A DNA stretch of 64,000 nt, from IMG/VR virus record IMGVR_UViG_2839242338_000001, positions 32,083 through 96,082 of that record, one strand, 5' to 3'. How positions within the stretch are numbered: position 1 is the first letter of the stretch; every line of letters starts with the position of its first letter. This stretch comes from a virus. Its lineage: Duplodnaviria; Caudoviricetes. A model generated the notes under the pieces. That model was not told the origin of the DNA and ran no database searches. It saw only the letters and a program-made list of their open reading frames with translations. Below are positions 33,195 through 42,478 of this stretch, in pieces. A program made the translations under genes and the position numbers.

Positions 33195-33238
33195 ACTCTG
33201 TAAACTTCTCCCAGTAAAACGGATAGACAACGCGTTAA
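33195..33238 (-). repeat. 44-bp repeat, copy B (putative promoter/operator)
   Basis: 38/44 identical to 31627..31670. Confidence 0.8.
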
Positions 33239-33296
33239 ATGTTAAAAATTTCTTATTTTTGGTAAAAAGACTTTATACCTAATAACTTCATATAAA

Positions 33297-34070
33297 ATGA
33301 TGGAACTAGCAAAGCTGGCCACTGATCCTGATGCTATAAAAGCAATAGCTGAAAAAAGTGAAAATTTATTAAAAAGTTTGTTTGGTAAAGCATTTAGTGA
33401 ATTTGGTGAATCAATAGCTGATCAAGTAAGGCTAAGAAGATTTAAAAATCAAATAAAAATACTAGAGAGAGCTAATGAATATTTAAAAGACAGTAAAATA
33501 GAATATAAAAAAATTAATCTAAAGGTGCTAGCTCCATTAATAGAAAATGCTTCTTATGAAGAAGAAGAGTTGCTTCAGGAAAGATGGGCTAAGCTAATAA
33601 AAAATATACTTATAAAGCCGATTTCATTAATTCAACAGCAAAATGCAGTAGAAATATTAAATAAAATATCAAATGAAGAAGCGGTACTATTAGAGTATAT
33701 ATACCGCTCACTTGCCTCTAAGAAAGCGGCATTTGAAGCAGATTACCAGTCTATGCGTCCGGATCTCTTTGGCGGATATAAAAACGACGAAAAATTATCC
33801 TTAGAATCGTCTGTAAATATCTATTCTTTTTCAATTAAAGAACTTGCAGCAAAGCTGAGAATAAAATTAGATGATATTGAAACTCAAATATCTAATTTAG
33901 TAGCTCTTGGTACATTAAAATATGTTATAGAGGTTGATGTTACTTCGGCGGAAAAACGTAGTGACGATCCTGAAGATAACGATCTAGATATTGAGTTGGA
34001 CGTAGAAGATTATAAAAATATAAAATTAACGAAAATGGGATTCATTTTTATTGAGTTATGTGAAAAATAA
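33297..34070 (+). CDS. Abi-alpha/DUF4393-like protein (moron)
   Basis: GESIADQVRLRRFKN...PLIENASYEEEELLQERWAKLI. Confidence 0.75.
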   Translation: MMELAKLATDPDAIKAIAEKSENLLKSLFGKAFSEFGESIADQVRLRRFKNQIKILERANEYLKDSKIEYKKINLKVLAPLIENASYEEEELLQERWAKLIKNILIKPISLIQQQNAVEILNKISNEEAVLLEYIYRSLASKKAAFEADYQSMRPDLFGGYKNDEKLSLESSVNIYSFSIKELAAKLRIKLDDIETQISNLVALGTLKYVIEVDVTSAEKRSDDPEDNDLDIELDVEDYKNIKLTKMGFIFIELCEK

Positions 34071-34121
34071 ACTTATAGTCTTGCTGAAAATATTTTTTTA
34101 ATTCTCAGCAAGACTATAAGT

Positions 34122-34400
34122 TTATTTTTTCTCAATTGCAGTTGCCATATTGTTCAATGCTTGGGCAACATCATTTACTGCATCAGTTATAGTAAGAGAG
34201 AATTGCCCACCTTTTCCGAGGCATTGTGCAATAGCTTCTAAAGCAGATGGAGCACCTTTACGATCTGTAACATTTGCTTCCTTGTAGGCTTCAATCTTAA
34301 TAATTTTTGTAGCAATCTGTAAGGCTTCAAAATTGCTCAAATCTGGAAACCGTTCCTTTAAATCTTCTACTTGGTCTCTAACATCTCTTGATACACTCAT
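34122..34400 (-). CDS. Hypothetical protein
   Basis: Coupled to the glycosyltransferase stop codon (TAATG). Confidence 0.6.
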   Translation of the reverse strand: MSVSRDVRDQVEDLKERFPDLSNFEALQIATKIIKIEAYKEANVTDRKGAPSALEAIAQCLGKGGQFSLTITDAVNDVAQALNNMATAIEKK

Positions 34401-35134
34401 TAGAATGGCAGTTTAAGGGTTTTCTGAAATGGGTGGCGTGGATTCTTGCCTTTCTTCAGCATGATCGCTTCCGACCCGAACACGCCTTGAAGGCAAGCAA
34501 AATCCTTTTCTTCCGCATCGATGTTACGATGCTCAGCCTGCCCACCTCGGGCAACGAACGTATCAACCTGGTTGAAGTAAAACCGCATATCCAGATACGC
34601 CATCCGATGTTTGTAGGCGTTTAGTGCTGATATCCAGTAATCACAGTTACATCTGATGTTGGTATCCCACCATAGGCCAGAGCCAGCCAGCAGTCCGAAC
34701 GCGCAACCATTTACCCAACCAGAGAGCTGAATAGGTTTCATTGGATTGTAGCCCACCGGGTTTGGTGTGTCGGCAAAGCCAAATAAGAAAACACCCATTT
34801 GCCTGGCCACGTCTGCCGAATGCTGAATCAGGTCATAGACCTCCTTCGGGTTCATTATGATCTGCTCACCCCGGTCGGTGTAAATGCGCCTGACCGCACT
34901 GATGTCGTCATCGATCATGAACACGCTGCCGAAGTGTTTGTATATCCAGTTACGTTTGGCCTGGAGGCCAATAACATGATCAGGATGGGTGACCACTTCA
35001 TCAGCCGGGTTACACTTTCGGTAGATATCGCCCTGGCTCTCTGGAACACAGATAATAGCATGATCGACCACCGACGTTGTGCGTATGCTCGTCCACCGTT
35101 TATGGCTGGGAATGACTAATTTGATTTCTTCCAC
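34400..35134 (-). CDS. GREB1-like / TET-associated (TAGT) GT-A fold glycosyltransferase
   Basis: VIPSHKR, CVPESQ..Y, KRNWI, FMIDDDI (DxD), CDYWIS, GGQAEHR. Confidence 0.8.
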   Translation of the reverse strand: MEEIKLVIPSHKRWTSIRTTSVVDHAIICVPESQGDIYRKCNPADEVVTHPDHVIGLQAKRNWIYKHFGSVFMIDDDISAVRRIYTDRGEQIIMNPKEVYDLIQHSADVARQMGVFLFGFADTPNPVGYNPMKPIQLSGWVNGCAFGLLAGSGLWWDTNIRCNCDYWISALNAYKHRMAYLDMRFYFNQVDTFVARGGQAEHRNIDAEEKDFACLQGVFGSEAIMLKKGKNPRHPFQKTLKLPF

Positions 35135-35733
35135 AGCTCAATAAATTTAGTGCCGGTTATTACCCGAGTCATGCCCATCGTCTCACTTTTGTACGATTTT
35201 TCCCGATCGCATTGAAGCAACTCGGCAATGTGGTTGGCGTCAATCTCATTTTTGGCCACAATGATAAAGGCATCGTACTTCTCCGAAAACTTAGCCACGA
35301 TCGGCATTTCGGGGGTTTCTTCTTTGGCTGTGGCTTTTTCGTGAAGCTCCTCCAAATCAGCCAGGCCAATGCCATAATCTGCCAGATCTACATCATCAAA
35401 ATATTCCCGAAGAATCTCATCGACCCAATCACCTTTAATGGCATTGGAGGCAATGTTGTACTCCTTGAACTCCTGATCAGTGAGCTGACGATTGGGAACG
35501 CGCACGTCCACCAGCTCTTCGCCACGTCCTAAGGCCACCATCATTTTGCAACGTTGATGACCTGCGAGTAAAATACCGTCAAAGTTGATAACGGGAATCT
35601 CTACCAGGTTAAACTTTTCGAGTGACTCACGCAGTTTTTTCGTTTGCTGTGCGGTCATCTTACGAGGGTTGAACTCGTAGTGAAGCAGCTCGACAACCTT
35701 CCGTTGTTGAGTACTCCAGGTTAATTTTTCCAT
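35116..35733 (-). CDS. ParB/Srx N-terminal domain protein
   Basis: NPRKMT..L..SLEKFNLVEIPVIN..G.LLAGHQR, NIASN...GDW. Confidence 0.85.
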   Translation of the reverse strand: MEKLTWSTQQRKVVELLHYEFNPRKMTAQQTKKLRESLEKFNLVEIPVINFDGILLAGHQRCKMMVALGRGEELVDVRVPNRQLTDQEFKEYNIASNAIKGDWVDEILREYFDDVDLADYGIGLADLEELHEKATAKEETPEMPIVAKFSEKYDAFIIVAKNEIDANHIAELLQCDREKSYKSETMGMTRVITGTKFIELWKKSN

Positions 35734-35753
35734 TTCGGTCCGCCGATGCGGTG

Positions 35754-36404
35754 CTAACTTAGTTTAAACTCAATTTCCTGAATCTTGAGAGTACATTGAG
35801 CCAACTCCGTTTCCCATTCAATCACCTTACCTGACTTCGCTTTGGGATTCAGCAATTTTCGTTTCAGCTTCGAGCGCAGATCAATTAGCCGTCGTTTCTC
35901 GTAGGCAAGTTGATACTGGCCAGCATCCGATAACGTAGCCAAATTATCAGTCGACTGTTCCTGATCGGTAGGCTCCTCGGGCAAACAATGATTTCGCTCC
36001 AGGTAATATTTCTTATCCCAGATCAATTCAATCTGCGCCTTCAGCTCAAGAATCTGGCGCGTCAATTCGGGACATGAAACACTGGAGGGAATTTTGTGCA
36101 ACTGATTGCTCAGCTCAGCCATTTTGCGATTGAGCGTATTAGCCTGGGCTGCTAGATCAGCCTGAATACTGGCGTACTCATCACCTACAATCTGGCGACC
36201 GGTAGCCACTGGTTCAACCGCAAGCGGCTGTATTACCCGATCTGCGCGAGGCACGATTGGTACAAACGTCGTCTGCTCCTTCAGATCAGCCAATCGCCTA
36301 CGGGCCATCTCTAATTCATCTGTGGTGCAACGCTTTGCCTTCACGAGCGTTTCGAGCATTTGAACAGCGGCCTGTTGCTGACGTATTTGTGTCTCAAGAT
36401 TCAT
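35754..36404 (-). CDS. Coiled-coil phage hypothetical protein
   Basis: First gene after a late-promoter motif; probable start MNLETQ. Confidence 0.6.
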   Translation of the reverse strand: MNLETQIRQQQAAVQMLETLVKAKRCTTDELEMARRRLADLKEQTTFVPIVPRADRVIQPLAVEPVATGRQIVGDEYASIQADLAAQANTLNRKMAELSNQLHKIPSSVSCPELTRQILELKAQIELIWDKKYYLERNHCLPEEPTDQEQSTDNLATLSDAGQYQLAYEKRRLIDLRSKLKRKLLNPKAKSGKVIEWETELAQCTLKIQEIEFKLS

Positions 36405-36409
36405 TGACA

Positions 36410-36443
36410 CAAAAAAACTGGCAGTTGCCGGTTTCTGTAGGAC
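36410..36443 (-). promoter_or_regulatory. Putative late promoter GTCCTAC-N19-TTTTTTTG
   Basis: gtaggac at 36437-43; spacer one nt shorter, next to an A run. Confidence 0.55.
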
Positions 36444-36537
36444 TATACTAAGCTAGGAAGTCTATTTCTTAAGAAATGACTATAATAAAAAGAGCAGGTA
36501 ATTTATTAAGAGCTTATTTAAACGAACACCGCTTAAA

Positions 36538-37197
36538 TTAATAGTATAATTTAAAAGTATGGAATTCATTATTTCCTGGTATTTCAAGTGAAAGGATATA
36601 TGATGAATTATCCTTTGACAGAATTTGATAGCGATACTTATCACCAGGGCGACTAATGTTTTTTCTTAATTTGTTATTACTTTCGATAAACTCAATTTCG
36701 AACTCGCAATCACCAATCCAAGAAAGTTTCAGTTTCGAATAGGTACCATCCTTAAAGTGATCTTCCCAAAAACCCTTATCTAAGGTTAACTGGGCAATCT
36801 CGCCATCATCTTCATAATAATAATACTTCCCACGCTCCAGAAATGACTTACAAGCCTCCTTATCTAAGATACTAGTTGGCTTTTTATCAACCTGGATAAA
36901 ATCCCCCTTGCTCTTGTACTTTCGATTCATGATTTGTTGATATTCAGGACAATTTCTTTGCAAGCGCGCGACGATAAAATACAGCATATCTTGCTGTTCA
37001 TATTTCCTGTATTTTTTTACTAAAGGGATTATGTGTTGCTTATTAATTTCATCGATTCGAAGATTATCAGGGCGACCTTGGTTATCAATTAACGTATTAC
37101 ATACTTCTACAAAGAAAGAGTCATCGATTTTATCGGTTTGACAAAGAACTAAATTGGGAATTATCAAAAACAAACCAAACAATAATAGTGATTTCAT
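36538..37197 (-). CDS. Secreted hypothetical protein (moron)
   Basis: Signal peptide, AT-rich. Confidence 0.65.
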   Translation of the reverse strand: MKSLLLFGLFLIIPNLVLCQTDKIDDSFFVEVCNTLIDNQGRPDNLRIDEINKQHIIPLVKKYRKYEQQDMLYFIVARLQRNCPEYQQIMNRKYKSKGDFIQVDKKPTSILDKEACKSFLERGKYYYYEDDGEIAQLTLDKGFWEDHFKDGTYSKLKLSWIGDCEFEIEFIESNNKLRKNISRPGDKYRYQILSKDNSSYILSLEIPGNNEFHTFKLYY

Positions 37198-37284
37198 GAG
37201 CGGTGGGATACCAAGTTAATATCTCGATGGTTTAAGTGAAGAGCAGGACTAGGGTTGATGGAAAAGGAAACAATATATTTATAT

Positions 37285-37554
37285 TTATTCATTAATGCCT
37301 TCAGTCTTATCAGCAATCATTTTCTGGAACTCGCAAATCGCTTCCCGGAATCCCCATGCTTGGTGATCCTCCTGGGGGTCAAGAAACCAATCCTGCCTGG
37401 GCATATTGTCAGGTAAACCCAAATAATCCTCCAGTACGAAACTTAATCGAGCTGCATCAATGCCAGCTTTATGAAGATGTTGTCGTAGATCGGTGAATCG
37501 AGCAGGCGCAGGGAAGGCCATATATGGAGTCGGTTGGTCACTGCTAACATTCAT
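37285..37554 (-). CDS. Hypothetical protein with a structured leader
   Basis: 89-aa ORF behind a TATGTTTG promoter box. Confidence 0.55.
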   Translation of the reverse strand: MNVSSDQPTPYMAFPAPARFTDLRQHLHKAGIDAARLSFVLEDYLGLPDNMPRQDWFLDPQEDHQAWGFREAICEFQKMIADKTEGINE

Positions 37555-37653
37555 CCTTTCAGACGACCGTGTTGAACTTGCATCAACGTGCCAACCGACG
37601 TGTCTTGAGTCACGTCGGTTAGTCGTCTGAATTAAAACTGAATGTTAGCGGTG
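37539..37653 (-). ncRNA. Putative multibranch leader RNA sequestering the AUG of 37285..37554
   Basis: Nested stems 37539-53/37639-53 (14/15) and 37558-67/37622-31 (10/10), plus two inner hairpins. Confidence 0.6.
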
Positions 37654-37662
37654 CAAACATAC

Positions 37663-37697
37663 AAAAAAAGCCCTACCTGTTCATGGGTAGGGCTTTT
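37663..37697. terminator. Bidirectional intrinsic terminator ending the head operon
   Basis: aaaaaaagccctacc-tgttcatg-ggtagggctttt. Confidence 0.75.
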
Positions 37698-37720
37698 GAA
37701 ATAAATAGGTCTGTCGTCAA

Positions 37721-38104
37721 CTATAAAGTGCCGCCTGAGTTTGCGTCTGGCTCATCAACGGGTTCTGGTTCTTCTTCCGCAAAAACTACGGGCGTTAGTA
37801 TTTCCACTAACTGGCCCTGAACCGTCGCCTGCAGGGCAGCTAACTCCGCAGCTCGATCAGCTGCCTTCCTATCCGCAATCTGTTCTTCAGTCAATCCCTC
37901 GTAGATAATATCCTTTTGGGCCTGCCCATACAATTGCTGAAGTAACAGCGAGATACCACCAATACTTTCTAACGGATGCTTCTCAAACGGCGAACCAGCA
38001 TAACTGCCATCGGTGGCGTCATTCAGCGCTTTTAGTCCTGCTTTAGCCGCATTTTCAAGCTGCTTAAGCACCGCTCCAATTTTCTTTGTATCCAACGTCG
38101 CCAT
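37721..38104 (-). CDS. Phage structural/hypothetical protein
   Basis: Last gene of the head operon. Confidence 0.55.
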   Translation of the reverse strand: MATLDTKKIGAVLKQLENAAKAGLKALNDATDGSYAGSPFEKHPLESIGGISLLLQQLYGQAQKDIIYEGLTEEQIADRKAADRAAELAALQATVQGQLVEILTPVVFAEEEPEPVDEPDANSGGTL

Positions 38105-38106
38105 GA

Positions 38107-38301
38107 TTACTTAGGTTGTGTAGCCACCACAGGAGCCACCGGGGCGCCGGCCGCTACCGGTTCAATATATTCCTTCCCCAACACCGTGTCGAAGAGTTTC
38201 GCAAGCGTAGCCTGCGGGGTGTTCTCGTCCAAGCTGGTCGAGCCAGATCCATCCTCCAGGCGAACTTTGCCCAGGTAGGCTGATTTAATTTGGTATTTCA
38301 T
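38107..38301 (-). CDS. Small phage protein
   Basis: 64-aa ORF in the head operon. Confidence 0.5.
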   Translation of the reverse strand: MKYQIKSAYLGKVRLEDGSGSTSLDENTPQATLAKLFDTVLGKEYIEPVAAGAPVAPVVATQPK

Positions 38302-38383
38302 ACAATAAGGAAAAACGTGGTAGAAAAAATGGTCTCTCTTGTTCGAGAGAGACCATTAACTTAAGTGCCAGTATCAGGGCTAA

Positions 38384-39061
38384 CTAGGTCGTGCTAAGAG
38401 CTACCGTAACCGCTGGAGCCAGTAGCGGAGGGTGGAAAGCATACCCATCGCCTTTAAATTTGAAGTCGATGGCCAACTGATCATCCGCCTTCGCCCCCGA
38501 ATCAGTCGAGTCCTCAAACTCTAGTGGTTCATTAGAAGATCCATACACGACGCGGGTACCATCTTTATAAACCACAATGGCGACACCCCCTTCGTTAAAG
38601 GTCTTTTCCAAAGCGGTGATTTGCGTGGCATCATAACCTGCCATTTTACACTCTCCGGAGACACCCACGTTTTGGTAACCCAGTTTGCCTTTTCGGTCCG
38701 ATTTAACCCGGCATGTGCCAATATCGAACGTAACGACGGCCCACGTTTTGGCCCCACAGGGAATGGTTGGCCCTGCAATACTTCCCGCCACCACATCGGC
38801 AGCGGCTGGCCAATCAGCCGTGAAGTCAGAAGCCGCCAACAGGTACAACTTGGCAATACCACCCAGATTGGCTTTCTGCCGTTCCTTACGGCTCATGTTG
38901 GATAAACTAACCGTGGCCATACCCATCGTTACACCCTCGGGGCCAAACACAAAATCATGTACCGAGGGGGGCACCAGGCCCTGCACTTCTACGGGTGCCA
39001 CCAGATTGGCCAGCAGGAATAACCCGAAAACAATTGAACCGATAATCCGTAAACTCTTCAT
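38384..39061 (-). CDS. Putative major tail tube protein
   Basis: NLGGIAKLYL...VAIVVYKDG..VVYGS..PL pattern; follows the capsid gene. Confidence 0.6.
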   Translation of the reverse strand: MKSLRIIGSIVFGLFLLANLVAPVEVQGLVPPSVHDFVFGPEGVTMGMATVSLSNMSRKERQKANLGGIAKLYLLAASDFTADWPAAADVVAGSIAGPTIPCGAKTWAVVTFDIGTCRVKSDRKGKLGYQNVGVSGECKMAGYDATQITALEKTFNEGGVAIVVYKDGTRVVYGSSNEPLEFEDSTDSGAKADDQLAIDFKFKGDGYAFHPPLLAPAVTVALSTT

Positions 39062-39122
39062 GGGATTTAACTAGAAATTGAAAATGAGAAGACAAACCAG
39101 ATGAACCGCATCGGCGGCCTGA

Positions 39123-40121
39123 CTACTTCGAGTTCATGTAAATGTACCGGCCATCGATGTAGTTCAGACCGAATTCGCCATCCAGGAAGATGTTGATAGT
39201 ACGGCTAACATGCTCAATGCTAAGTGAAGGTGCATCTACCGTTTCGGGCACTTCAGGCGTAATGACGACCAGGTTACCGTTCAACGTCCAGAACATCTTA
39301 CCCGCAGTCTTGAGCCATTTCTTCGCCACTACTTTCGTGTTCGGCAGAGCCGCTAACCGGTATTCGCCATTCGTCTGGGTCACAATCGCCTGACCATTCG
39401 AAAGTGCTGACGACATGGCATTTTGCAGATACACGAACGTAGTTGGGTCCAGGCACAACTGGGCATCTTCTTCAGTCGGAACATCAACGTTTGCCACAAT
39501 CGCTAATACCAGATTGTTGATCTCACTCAGTACGTTAGCCTGCGTAATCGAGGCCGCTGCCGTCGTCATGTTAGCCGCTGGAATATCACCTACCCAGCCC
39601 GTACCCGAAGTTGCATAGCCCTGAGCAAACAACAGTTTAAACCCATCAGCGATATCAACAACACCCGTACCAGCAGCGTTATATACGCCATCCCACACGA
39701 TGTTCAACGTATCACGACCCATACGAGCCATGACCCGGCTCATATAGTAATCCATAGCCGCAAAGCTGTAAATATCCTTCGGATCGGTACCCTTCCGGAT
39801 GGAACCGTACATTTTGGTCCACGCATAAAGCGTTACTTCATCAAGCTGAAGATCGACTTTGAACGGACGTAGGATGCCCATCCGGTTGTTGAGCGTCAGG
39901 AAGTTGTTGGTAAAGTTGACCGTTCCTTTACGACCCGGCTGCATAATTGCGCCCGTCGAATCCCGAACGAGCGGAAACTGATCCACGGTCGGAATGACCG
40001 TGAACAATGGGTCTTGCTTGATTGAAAACCCATTGGCCAATTTCTCCTGATAAATCATGGAGTAGTCAGCCACGTTTTGTTTTAAGGCAGCCGCCAGGGC
40101 CGCCATATTTAAACTTGCCAT
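39123..40121 (-). CDS. Major capsid protein
   Basis: Position after protease/scaffold; IVWDGVYNAAGT...DGFK motif. Confidence 0.75.
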   Translation of the reverse strand: MASLNMAALAAALKQNVADYSMIYQEKLANGFSIKQDPLFTVIPTVDQFPLVRDSTGAIMQPGRKGTVNFTNNFLTLNNRMGILRPFKVDLQLDEVTLYAWTKMYGSIRKGTDPKDIYSFAAMDYYMSRVMARMGRDTLNIVWDGVYNAAGTGVVDIADGFKLLFAQGYATSGTGWVGDIPAANMTTAAASITQANVLSEINNLVLAIVANVDVPTEEDAQLCLDPTTFVYLQNAMSSALSNGQAIVTQTNGEYRLAALPNTKVVAKKWLKTAGKMFWTLNGNLVVITPEVPETVDAPSLSIEHVSRTINIFLDGEFGLNYIDGRYIYMNSK

Positions 40122-40176
40122 GAATAGGTAAAAAATTAAACTGTGTTGAAAAAATGACAGGTCTTATTGTTGGCGC

Positions 40177-40665
40177 TTATTCCGCGTCGGGCACGTCCAC
40201 ATCTGCCATCAGCAGGGGGTGTTTGGCTTTCAGTTCACGCATTTTCTCCGTCCGTGCGTTCTCTTTTGAACCTGTGTCCGACTGACCACCTTTGCCGTTA
40301 GTCGAATCGCCAGACAGATTCGAGCCATTCAGCGCGGCTTTGTGAGCATCCCAGGCCGTAGCTTTCGGGGTCAACGTGGCAATGGTCGAGTTAGCGGTCG
40401 TCAAAGCAGTTTTAGTCGTACCCAACTCAGTTTGGGCCGTCGTCAGTGCTGCCTGGGCAATCGCCAAATCAGCATTGGCTTTTGTCAGATCGCCTGTGAC
40501 TGCCAAATTGCCTGCTTCCTGCGCATCGAGCCGGTCCTGGAGTTCCTGGGCTTCAGCCGAAAAAGCATTGAACTCTTCGGTAGACAGTTTTTCGGAAAGC
40601 GCTTTGTGCGAATTCCCAAACAGCGTAGCGAGAATCGTCGCTACGGTAAGCGTAGTTTTAGCCAT
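40177..40665 (-). CDS. Scaffold-like coiled-coil protein
   Basis: Ala/Thr heptad repeats, between protease and capsid. Confidence 0.55.
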   Translation of the reverse strand: MAKTTLTVATILATLFGNSHKALSEKLSTEEFNAFSAEAQELQDRLDAQEAGNLAVTGDLTKANADLAIAQAALTTAQTELGTTKTALTTANSTIATLTPKATAWDAHKAALNGSNLSGDSTNGKGGQSDTGSKENARTEKMRELKAKHPLLMADVDVPDAE

Positions 40666-41522
40666 TATTTTGAAAGTTGAAGTACTCGTTGATAAGCCGT
40701 ATTCACATCGCCCGTACGGTCCGCTAGCCCATTTGAAAGCGCCTGAGTCGTATTGTACATTTTGCCGGTGAATAGTTCGTCGGATTTGATTTTGCCTGCA
40801 CGTCCAAGCCGGACCGCGCCCTTAAAGGCTTTGTTGCTGACATCCAGATCGGCAATGATGCTCGCCATTAACTCCTCATCGAGCGGCTCAATGGCGTTGA
40901 TACGGGCCTTGTCTACACTACCCGTCGAGCGAAAAATCTGCACATCCGTACCCGCTTTTTCCAGGGCTTTGGACACATTGGTATGCAGATAAATTGTGCC
41001 AATCGAGCCAACTTTTGCGGTTGGACCGGTTGACATGATCAATTCCCGACATTGGCTGGCCACCCATATTCCAGCACTGGCGCAATAATTAATAGCCCCA
41101 ACGACCGGTTTAATTTTGTTCAGATTCGCTACTGCGGTTGCGAACTCGTCTGTACTGTCGACTGTACCACCACCGGTGTTGAATTGCAGAATGGCCCCCT
41201 TCTTGGAATCGTCTTCCCCTACTTTTGCCAGCAGTTGCATGATGAATGTGTTGGAGAAATAGTTGTCATAACTATAACCCCTGGTCATTGTACCCGTTAC
41301 CGGAATGACCACCACATCACTCGCTTTGCCGATGCTTAAGTAATCGACCACCCATTTGGCGTAGGAATAATCAGCCGCCTGCTGAACGTGCGATGGGGCA
41401 ACGAGAGCCGATGGATAGCCTAATGGGTTAGGCGTAAACAGGCCACCCAGAATAGCCTGCTTGACCTGCTGTGCATGGAATTCAGAAATGGCCCATGCGC
41501 CCGAAAACAAATTACCCGTCAT
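40665..41522 (-). CDS. S49 (SppA/ClpP-like) prohead protease
   Basis: NTGGGTV, CASAGIWVAS, VGSIG, GLAD. Confidence 0.9.
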   Translation of the reverse strand: MTGNLFSGAWAISEFHAQQVKQAILGGLFTPNPLGYPSALVAPSHVQQAADYSYAKWVVDYLSIGKASDVVVIPVTGTMTRGYSYDNYFSNTFIMQLLAKVGEDDSKKGAILQFNTGGGTVDSTDEFATAVANLNKIKPVVGAINYCASAGIWVASQCRELIMSTGPTAKVGSIGTIYLHTNVSKALEKAGTDVQIFRSTGSVDKARINAIEPLDEELMASIIADLDVSNKAFKGAVRLGRAGKIKSDELFTGKMYNTTQALSNGLADRTGDVNTAYQRVLQLSK

Positions 41523-41548
41523 GCTTGGCGTCGTAGATTAAGACGATA

Positions 41549-41583
41549 CAAACATCATTGCCCTAAATACCAGTTAACAGGAC
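41549..41583 (-). promoter_or_regulatory. Putative late promoter GTCCTGT-N20-GATGTTTG
   Basis: caaacatc at 41549-56 and acaggac at 41577-83. Confidence 0.6.
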
Positions 41584-41645
41584 ATAAAAAAAGCCTGTCA
41601 CCAACTGGCAACAGGCTTTAAGTACCCACCGTAATTTGTATTCTC

Positions 41646-42022
41646 TTAATTGTCCCACCAGCTCTTGCCGAACCATCGGCACGCCAGGTACATCATATAA
41701 TTTCTAGCCTTCTTCTTCGGCTCTAATTCATTCAACAGAAACAGCAATTCTTCATCCGCCATAAAGCGGGCCAAATCATCGCCATATTCTTCCCGAAACA
41801 GGCGATTATCATACCACCAGTCGTGGAGTAGGCAAGCCCGATTACTACGGCCAATAGGCGGGAAGATACCCACAACAGCATGGGCACACTAGCGAAATCG
41901 GTGATAAACCCACGTGGCACGGTCACTTTGCCCGCCCTCGTCTGATACGTCACTGACCGCTCCAGTCGCCACCTATCTGATTTGACGTCATTTTCTAAAT
42001 AAGTGACTAAAATTGGTTTCAT
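41646..42022 (-). CDS. DUF1353 family protein (frameshift near 41870)
   Basis: VPRGFITDFASVP, ACLLHDWWY, ADEEL. Confidence 0.85.
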
Positions 42023-42025
42023 TGT

Positions 42026-42475
42026 TTATAATTCACCACGTAGGTCGATATCACTGATTGCATTGCCAATCAGCGCATAGATTAGGCTGGCCACGGACGT
42101 TTTATCGGTAATGGACAATCCCATTGCTTTCAAGCTACCCAGGGTAATGCCCTGAAAAAACTCACGTTGTGGCACCGCTCCTTCGGTACTGGCATCCACA
42201 ACCTTTCCTGTTTTAGGATCAACAAACGAACCGCCGGTGTTCCTGGTCACAATCTGGTCTTGATACCGTAGCAGGGCTGCTTGTTTCTGGGCTGGCGTTA
42301 GATGCTCATCGCTGCCGATCCGCTCCAGTATAGGTAGACCCTGCTCATCGAGGGTGACGACACGAATCTGCTGAACCATGTTCAAATCCGAAAGAATGAC
42401 AAAGTTTTCGTGACGAGCTACGCGATTGAAGCCTGTAATGCTTTCCGAACTGATTGTTTTTTGAATCGAATCCAT
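42026..42475 (-). CDS. Hypothetical protein, possible tail-fibre chaperone
   Basis: Directly downstream of the tail fibre gene. Confidence 0.45.
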   Translation of the reverse strand: MDSIQKTISSESITGFNRVARHENFVILSDLNMVQQIRVVTLDEQGLPILERIGSDEHLTPAQKQAALLRYQDQIVTRNTGGSFVDPKTGKVVDASTEGAVPQREFFQGITLGSLKAMGLSITDKTSVASLIYALIGNAISDIDLRGEL

Positions 42476-42478
42476 ATC

